A DNA stretch of 64,000 bases, taken from assembly GCA_963662285.2 (NCBI GenBank), contig CAXXMV010000008.1:800001-864000 (forward strand), written 5' to 3'. Shown in pieces: positions 57,133 through 64,000 of the stretch; the first letter of the stretch is position 1, and each line of letters starts with the position of its first letter. Below the pieces are notes generated by a model, which was not told where the DNA came from, ran no database searches, and worked only from the letters and a program-made list of their open reading frames with translations. A program made the translations under genes and the position numbers. Origin of the DNA: a bacterium (GTDB lineage: Bacteria; Hinthialibacterota; Hinthialibacteria; Hinthialibacterales; Hinthialibacteraceae).

Positions 57133-59103
57133 ATGAATAATAAAACCTATCCAATCCAATTCTTATTTCTGTTGATCTGGTGGATTAGTTTTCTGATCTA
57201 CCCCCTGTGGCATCTACCAGTTTCGGTGAAAATGCAGAGCGTTGCCTGCATCGGTTTATTCGCCGTAATGATAATATGCAGTCTATTATTCCGCGCAATA
57301 TGCCAATTAAAGTTCGATGAGGGCGCCATCCAAAATCAAGTAGGGTGCGCCTCTTGTGGGCGCCCGTTCGATGAGAGCGCCATTCCAGACCAGCCATCAA
57401 GAGACATCATCTTTTTCATGATTCTCTTCGGCGCTGTCTTCCTGCTCCATATTCCATTCCTGAACGCCCCGGTATTAACCGGATTGGATACCATCGATCA
57501 TGGCGCCGTCCCCGCAGTCATCGCGCAAAAGATTGTAGAACCAATCAACCGGGCGCTGGGATTTTCGATAAGACCCATATTATCAACTATGGTTCTCGCC
57601 TGGTTGACGGCGCTGCTATGCTTTTCCGGCCTGCGCAGCAAAATGGCTGAGATTTTTCACCGGATCGCCGCAACGGCCATGCAGCGCTACTGGGTCGCCA
57701 TAGCCATCATGGGCGGCGTAACCGCGATCTTTGCTATGGCATTGATAAAATCATCCATCCTCAATAGTTTTGACGACCTCAATCCACTGTTTCGTTATCC
57801 CCCGGTTTCCAAGTTGATCGCCATTCCGGTCTATATCTGCTTTGGACTTCATGAATGGATAAGCCGTGTTATTCAGATCGGCTTCACTTTCGGCGGGGCC
57901 ATATATATATACTATCTGGCCGGATTGTTCGGTGGGAAAACATCGTCGCGGGCTGCGGCTATACTCTTTGTTCTGTTGCCGCCCATTTTTCATTACGGCA
58001 ATACGGTAATGATCGAAGGCGGGACGCTGTTTCTGGTATTGGCCGGTTTCTTTTATTGGATTAGATTCATCGAACATAAGCGCCGCAATGATTTGATTCT
58101 GGGAACCCTTTTCGCTACTATGGCCTGTTTATATAAACACACTGCGGTCTGCCTGATTCCCGGTTTCGCTTTGATGACCTGCTACGATACAATGTTTCCC
58201 CGCACCAAACGTACATTGCAATATTTCCTGCCATCCGTGCTGGCCTGCCTGATTCCGGCTATCACCATTGTTTTATACATGAAGTTATCAGGATTCAATT
58301 CAGACGTGCCATCGCAGTTGAAACTACCAACCCTGGCAGTGTTACTCGGTAATCTTAAAGCAATGACTGAAGGCGTCACGCCTGTCATCGCCGCATTATT
58401 CCTGGCCGGTCTTATCGCCCTGCCCTTGATGCGTAAATGGAGAACATTCTGGATTCTTTTTGGTTGGATTGCCGCCCACTATATTCTGACCTGCATGTCC
58501 AAGGCATCCCTGAACGTACGGCAGGCTCTGCCTTATTACCTGGGTTTGATGATACCTGCGGCGTTATTGCTCGAAAGAATCACCAACGCCCGGCGCTGGA
58601 TGCAAATCGCATTGGTATATACCGCTCTTCCGCTATTTTTGATATGGTCATGCCTGTTTATGGATAGAACGCAGGATTATAAACAAATCGGACGCGCCAT
58701 GGGCGACCGTTCTTACATCAATTTCGCCAATTGGCGCAGCATGTATCTCCCCTATCCGCAAACCATTGAACGATTGAAAGAATTAACCAGTCCGGGCGAT
58801 GTGATCTACGCGCCCATGACCAACGAACCGGTATATTTTTATATAGCGAAATTTAATCTTGAGGATCGAATTTACCAACGTGAATTATGGGCGCCGAAAA
58901 CCGGACAAACCCTCGACTCCTTGATGGATCATTGCCGCAGCATTAAAGCAAAATGGTTGGTTTTTCCTGCCGGCCGCTGGTTGTATGCAGACGCCAATCT
59001 GGCTTTGATAGAACAATTATTCGATCAAGCCCCCCCAGGCTTGGTTTTAACCGATGTTATCCAACAAGGCCAGGAAAAAATCGGCATTTGGAAAGTGCAA
59101 TAA
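57133..59103 (+). CDS. ArnT/PMT-like (GT-C) membrane glycosyltransferase
   Basis: Polytopic; FRYPP, FGLHEWISR, MIEGG, ACLYKH. Confidence 0.75.
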   Translation: MNNKTYPIQFLFLLIWWISFLIYPLWHLPVSVKMQSVACIGLFAVMIICSLLFRAICQLKFDEGAIQNQVGCASCGRPFDESAIPDQPSRDIIFFMILFGAVFLLHIPFLNAPVLTGLDTIDHGAVPAVIAQKIVEPINRALGFSIRPILSTMVLAWLTALLCFSGLRSKMAEIFHRIAATAMQRYWVAIAIMGGVTAIFAMALIKSSILNSFDDLNPLFRYPPVSKLIAIPVYICFGLHEWISRVIQIGFTFGGAIYIYYLAGLFGGKTSSRAAAILFVLLPPIFHYGNTVMIEGGTLFLVLAGFFYWIRFIEHKRRNDLILGTLFATMACLYKHTAVCLIPGFALMTCYDTMFPRTKRTLQYFLPSVLACLIPAITIVLYMKLSGFNSDVPSQLKLPTLAVLLGNLKAMTEGVTPVIAALFLAGLIALPLMRKWRTFWILFGWIAAHYILTCMSKASLNVRQALPYYLGLMIPAALLLERITNARRWMQIALVYTALPLFLIWSCLFMDRTQDYKQIGRAMGDRSYINFANWRSMYLPYPQTIERLKELTSPGDVIYAPMTNEPVYFYIAKFNLEDRIYQRELWAPKTGQTLDSLMDHCRSIKAKWLVFPAGRWLYADANLALIEQLFDQAPPGLVLTDVIQQGQEKIGIWKVQ

Positions 59104-59122
59104 TTCCTCTAAATAAGCCTCT

Positions 59123-59908
59123 CTATTTATCATGAATGTGCATACCGCTGGGTCTTGATGCAACTGATCCACCATCCGTTTGGGGTTGAGTGAGGGGCGC
59201 CGGGACGCCCGAAGCAATAGAACGCCGGTTATCCAGCGCTTCATCTTTCAAGCAATCATCGCATTTGGTTTTTCCCGTGGTCAACTCCTTGCCGCAACCC
59301 TGACATTTGGTTTTAGATCTCGCAATCGTCAAGCGCTTGATCCGCTCAAGTTCCTCGATCATCGAATGAATGACGGCAGCTCCGTCATCCCGTGATTCAG
59401 GAATATTATACACATTCTCAAAAGCTTCACATTCATCCTTATCCGGCGCGGGATTCTGTAAAAAGTCATAAACCTGATCCCGCACTATTTGATACATAGG
59501 ATCGCATACTATCATGGGAGGCGACAGATTCTTTTCCGCACGCATAGTATCAATAAAACGATAAGCCACCATATGAGCAAACCAGACGCCCTCCGACTTA
59601 AGGGCTTTATTATATCTCTGGCAACGCGCGGCGAAATTATATGGAAATTTATTTATAACATTAAAAAGTTCCATTTCCTGAACTGCTTCTTTTTCTGTTT
59701 TCAAATCTTCTTTCGCCGTTTTATCCAGTTTCTTGGTTTGTCCAGCGCTATAAAGTAGATCACGGCATATAGCCAGAACGAAAGATGTCATATTTTTAGA
59801 ACACATTTTGCAATATGGGATGTTCTCCAGGCGTTCTTGCCCGCAATAAGGGCAGATACTACCATCCCATACAACCTCTATTTCCACCTCAGGAGCATTT
59901 CCCAACAT
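59123..59908 (-). CDS. Hypothetical protein with two CxxC-CxxC zinc ribbons
   Basis: CPYC..CKMC and CQGC..CDDC; AGGAG RBS. Confidence 0.75.
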   Translation of the reverse strand: MLGNAPEVEIEVVWDGSICPYCGQERLENIPYCKMCSKNMTSFVLAICRDLLYSAGQTKKLDKTAKEDLKTEKEAVQEMELFNVINKFPYNFAARCQRYNKALKSEGVWFAHMVAYRFIDTMRAEKNLSPPMIVCDPMYQIVRDQVYDFLQNPAPDKDECEAFENVYNIPESRDDGAAVIHSMIEELERIKRLTIARSKTKCQGCGKELTTGKTKCDDCLKDEALDNRRSIASGVPAPLTQPQTDGGSVASRPSGMHIHDK

Positions 59909-60341
59909 TTTCTTTGATCTCCTAATTACAATGCCTATTTATTAAATAGTACTTATTTTTTAATAATTCATCCGATCTAATAGTTTCATATAAATTCGCT
60001 ATAATTGACTCACCCGATATTAGAATAATTTATTATGAATATTCAATCAACCTTAATTTAATAAACTATATATCAATTTCACCGCAAAATCAGTAAATTC
60101 CATACCTCTATCGATAGAAAGCAAAATCGGGAACTTACTACCTAAATCAATAAAAATATAGATTGACCAGAATTATTAAAATTTAAATTTAAATCGCAAA
60201 ACCCCTTGTCATAAATATAGTTAAATCAAACTATTAAAATTGTTGCGATAAATTAGATACAACTTTTTACATTAATTTGAAAACTACGCCCTCCTTTTTC
60301 GTTACTATCTTATAGAAAACCTAGTCATGAGGTGAGCAATC

Positions 60342-61331
60342 GTGGCAACAGTTCTACACCAATTTCGTAATGAAGAAGAGCAGGAACAAATAAAACTCTT
60401 TTATTTAGAACGACTAATGGATCAATTAGATTCAGGATGCGCCTATATGGCTAGAGCGACGTTTCTTCGCTATAGAGCGCATTTTGAGTCCATCCTCCAA
60501 TCCAGTCATATAAATCGATTAGAGCAAACCACTCAACAGCAGAGCGTCTGGAATCATAATGATGAATTAATTTTCCTGGATCGCATGAAAAATGCATGGC
60601 TCTTCGGAGAATATAAAACCGTGCATGATTGCGGACATGAAATTCTGCTTCATCAGCGCGATAAAAAAGATGCCAATTTAGAATTGATCGAACAGGTTCA
60701 AAACCTGCTCGCATCTAATAATGCTTATTACATTGAACCCGACAGCATCAACATCAACACCTTCGTCAACGCCAAGGTGGCCTTTGTGGTGGGACAACGG
60801 AAATCACAGAGTAATCCGGGAAAACTGCTGAATGGCAATCCCGGCTTTTACCTGAAGGATGCATGCGGCATGCGATACCGCTGCTTCATTAAACAGGTAA
60901 ATGATATTGAGGAAGGCGCTGAATTAAAACTGAAGATCACTAATATACCTGGCCTGGTCTTTGCCACTCTGAACACCCAGGAACCGATAATCTATCTGGA
61001 ACCGCGCACAATACCGGGTGAGACCATAGAAATCGAAATCGGCAGCCTGTCCCACACCGAGAACAGTTTCACCTTTAGGCATCATAGTTACGATGGTTTT
61101 TTATGGTTTAAGCGGCACGGCGTCAACAAGAGAATTTTTAATAAAGCCACCCTGCGTCCGGGAGACCGGATCACCGCCCGCGTACTATATACCTCGGAAG
61201 AAGAAAAACGGTCTTCTTCCGGCAACATCACCCGTTTGGGTATTATTAAAGCTATACCGCTGAGGCGGGTCGTTCCGGTATCGACCCTGATGGTTGATCA
61301 AGAAAACGGCGTTGCCAAAGCTCTAAACTGA
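60342..61331 (+). CDS. Hypothetical protein, possible C-terminal OB-fold-like modules
   Basis: 329-aa ORF, GAGGTG RBS; EEGAELKLKIT, PGETIEIEI, RPGDRITARV. Confidence 0.65.
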   Translation: MATVLHQFRNEEEQEQIKLFYLERLMDQLDSGCAYMARATFLRYRAHFESILQSSHINRLEQTTQQQSVWNHNDELIFLDRMKNAWLFGEYKTVHDCGHEILLHQRDKKDANLELIEQVQNLLASNNAYYIEPDSININTFVNAKVAFVVGQRKSQSNPGKLLNGNPGFYLKDACGMRYRCFIKQVNDIEEGAELKLKITNIPGLVFATLNTQEPIIYLEPRTIPGETIEIEIGSLSHTENSFTFRHHSYDGFLWFKRHGVNKRIFNKATLRPGDRITARVLYTSEEEKRSSSGNITRLGIIKAIPLRRVVPVSTLMVDQENGVAKALN

Positions 61332-63195
61332 GGAGAATCCATAACTGGTTGTTATAGTCTCTTCTCCCGTCTTGATGATCCCTTAATACCTGATCAACCG
61401 ACCGGGGGTTAAAAAGCCCCCGGCGGTTGACGGTAGAGACGGAACAGACATCTTCTATCATCTCCCGCAAATCGCCCCTGAACCATTCACCCACCGGAAT
61501 CTCAAAACCATGCTTGCGCCGGTCCAGAATCTCATCGGGCAGCGCATCGCGAAACGCTTCTTTTAGAATCCATTTAGTCGTCTTGCCATGCAATTTCGCA
61601 TTGCTTGGCAGCGAACATCCCCACTCAACAAACTTGTGATCCAGAAACGGCACCCGCACTTCCAGCGAATGCAGCATCGACATCCGGTCAACCTTGCGCA
61701 GCATATCCGCCGCCAGGTTATGACGCAAATCCACCCACAACATCCGGTTCAGATCATCAAAGCGAGGCATCTCATCAAACAACTCTCTCCGGTAATTCCA
61801 GGGAGCATTAAAATCGATTTCGTTTAATATTTCCCGCCTCAACAACGGTCCGCGAATCTCATCTTCAAAATGGATCGCCCATTTCAAATGCCGTTCAAAC
61901 GGATCAGGGTCAAGGCCACGGAAGAACTTCTTGATCTGACGCAGATAATCCATCACCACATTGGCGTGCGACTCCGGCATCCGGTCAGCCACCGAACGGC
62001 CAAACCAACCCAATATTGGAGCGGGAATAAACGAACAGAATTTCCTGAAATACTCCGCCTGATATTTACGGTATCCCGCGAACAATTCATCGCCCCCGTC
62101 TCCCGAAAGCACAACTTTCACCTGCTCCGCCGCCAGTTTGGATACGAAATAAACCGGCAGGCTCGATGAATCGGCCAGCGGCTCATCCAGTTGCCAGGTG
62201 ACGTCATCCAGCGCATTGAGCAGGTCATTGGGCGATAGATAATGTTCGTAGTGATCAGTCCCGAAACGATCAGATACCAAGCGGGCGTGGGGCGTTTCAT
62301 CGAACAAACCCAATCCTTTATACCCGATGGAAAATGTCTTGAAATCCGACCCGATCTCATCATGCATCAGGGCGGTGAGAACGCTCGAATCGATGCCGCC
62401 GGAAAGAAACGCTCCAACCGGGACATCCGCCAGTAGATGCTGGCGCACCACATCCCGCAAACGTTGCGCCAGTTCTTTGGGATGAGCCTCTTCATCAAGC
62501 GTCTCGATTGATCCGATAGATTCTTCAGGCCGCCAATAACCATGAATATTTATAACGCCATTCTCGAAAACCAGCATCTCGCCGGGGCGTAACTGCCTGA
62601 TTCCCTTAAACATGGTATAAGGAGCGGGAGCGGAGAGATAAGCCAGATATAGGTTTAACGCTTCATGGTCAATTTCGCGTGGAACATCCGCATCCAGCAG
62701 GATTGATTTAATCTCAGAACCAAAGCGCAGGGCCTTGCCGTCGAAATAATAGTACAGTGGTTTAATGCCCAACCGGTCACGTGCCAGAATCAACCTCCGG
62801 CGCTGCGCATCCCACAAGGATACAGCGAACATGCCCTGGGCGTGTTCCAGAAAAGAGTCGCCGTATTCGCGGTAAAGATGCAGAAAACTCTCAGTATCAG
62901 CGTGAGTGCGGTAGGTATATCCTTTGGTTTGCAACTGCTGCTTGATTGAGGGATGGTTATACAACTCGCCGTTATAAGCGATCCAAAAGCGCTGATCTTC
63001 AGTCGACATAGGCATATGCCCGTCGCTCAACCCGATGATCGACAGACGGCGCGATCCCAGACCAACGCCGTCAGCAATATAATGACCTTCATCATCCGGT
63101 CCGCGATGCTGAATAATCCGCGTCATGGATTCTAAAAGCCCACGATTCACTTTAACTTGAGAATCTGTATAAGCAATTCCACATATTCCACACAT
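61252..63195 (-). CDS. asnB: Asparagine synthase (glutamine-hydrolysing) family amidotransferase
   Basis: MCGICG, HRGPD, NGELYN, ARDRLGIKPLY, LSGGIDSS, SGDGGDELFAGY, EVRVPFLD. Confidence 0.95.
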   Translation of the reverse strand: MCGICGIAYTDSQVKVNRGLLESMTRIIQHRGPDDEGHYIADGVGLGSRRLSIIGLSDGHMPMSTEDQRFWIAYNGELYNHPSIKQQLQTKGYTYRTHADTESFLHLYREYGDSFLEHAQGMFAVSLWDAQRRRLILARDRLGIKPLYYYFDGKALRFGSEIKSILLDADVPREIDHEALNLYLAYLSAPAPYTMFKGIRQLRPGEMLVFENGVINIHGYWRPEESIGSIETLDEEAHPKELAQRLRDVVRQHLLADVPVGAFLSGGIDSSVLTALMHDEIGSDFKTFSIGYKGLGLFDETPHARLVSDRFGTDHYEHYLSPNDLLNALDDVTWQLDEPLADSSSLPVYFVSKLAAEQVKVVLSGDGGDELFAGYRKYQAEYFRKFCSFIPAPILGWFGRSVADRMPESHANVVMDYLRQIKKFFRGLDPDPFERHLKWAIHFEDEIRGPLLRREILNEIDFNAPWNYRRELFDEMPRFDDLNRMLWVDLRHNLAADMLRKVDRMSMLHSLEVRVPFLDHKFVEWGCSLPSNAKLHGKTTKWILKEAFRDALPDEILDRRKHGFEIPVGEWFRGDLREMIEDVCSVSTVNRRGLFNPRSVDQVLRDHQDGRRDYNNQLWILLSLELWQRRFLDQPSGSIPERPASAV

Positions 63196-63210
63196 AGGCG
63201 TTTATTCACC

Positions 63211-63323
63211 GTAGGGTGCGCCCCTAGTGGGCGCCCGAAATTCCCAAGACCAGCAGGTAGCACATGGTGGGCAAAAAGCGAAGTAACACGTAGGGTGTGC
63301 TAAAAGCGAAGCGTAGCCCACCA
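63211..63323 (+). repeat. Two GTAG-type REPs
   Basis: GTAGGGTGCGCCCCTAGTGGGCGCCC (63211) and GTAGGGTGTGCTAAAAGCGAAGCGTAGCCCACC (63290). Confidence 0.8.
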
Positions 63324-63454
63324 AAGCCACCTACATCTGAACCATCTTAAATGCAACAGTTTTATTTCAAAAGAGATAGATCAACATCAATCCTCAGAAC
63401 ATAAACAAATCACTCCAAAAATACACCCCCGAAAACCAACCACCAACACCTAAT

Positions 63455-64000
63455 TAATCTCAAAAAAATCCTTGAATCATCACGACGCGCCTGATATTCC
63501 GGGCACCCATGAAGGACGCCCCTACGGGTTTATCATGTGTTTTTTTGTTGGTAAAAATTATTGGATTAACGTAGGTGATCGCATCAAGGGCTGACCGCGT
63601 TGCGGTCTTGCCCTTGGCACCCGCGCCCGCCTGATTAATCCAAAAAAATCCTTGAATCATCACGACGCGCCTGATATTCCGGGCGCCCATGAAGGACGCC
63701 CCTACGGGTTTATCATGTGTTTTTTTTGTTGGTAAAGATCATTGGATTACCATAGGTATAGTCAAGGGCAGAAAGGACACTGCCCTTGGCACCCATCCCG
63801 ATTTTGGTTACGCTTTGTTTTTTTATATTCATCGTTAATTATCATATTGGGCGCCCATGAAGGGCGCCCCTACGGGTTTATCATGTGTTTTTTTTGTTGG
63901 TAAAAGTTATTGGATTACCATAGGTGTAGTCAAGGGCAGAAAGGACACTGCCCTTGGCACCCATCCCGATTTTGGTTACGCTTTGTTTTTTTTATATTCA
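63455..64000 (-). repeat. BIME-like tandem mosaic of REP-B and REP-A units (~170-180-bp period)
   Basis: 63455-63555 is repeated at 63636-63736; 63681-63831 recurs from about 63849; inverted A1 at 63583, A2 at 63761 and 63929. Confidence 0.9.

Noticed and set aside
63455-64000. Possible CRISPR array at window end
   Set aside because: The units are REP hairpins with duplicated rather than unique spacers.

Overview
Bacterial chromosomal window of moderate GC with AT-rich intergenic DNA. The lineage is inferred, not proven: the prepilin-like family and C-terminal W-x-L-F tails suggest an OLB16/Hinthialibacterota- or Sumerlaeota-like organism. Gene content: large secreted glycan-active or unknown proteins; a four-module type II toxin-antitoxin array (3x RelE/HigB-HigA, one toxin frameshifted, plus DUF1778-GNAT); truA; four N-methylation (prepilin-like) paralogues and a PilT-family ATPase; a REP-associated tyrosine transposase (RAYT) flanked by its REPs; an aminotransferase/oxidoreductase/TIM-barrel cluster; an Rrf2-DsrM/K-like-two-component redox locus; a decayed cusCBA-type operon; surface-glycan genes and asnB. 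Intergenic DNA is saturated with at least five palindromic repeat families. Notable observations: (i) a two-copy TIR-bounded element inserted into the loop of a hairpin repeat and carrying a REP-flanked RAYT HUH fragment, with empty alleles visible in the window; (ii) a shared C-terminal S-[IV]-x-[DE]-W-[AS]-L-F tag on unrelated secreted proteins; (iii) tandem amplification of REP 5' ends; (iv) an in-frame REP insertion in a gene. No rRNA, tRNA or CRISPR array was recognised.
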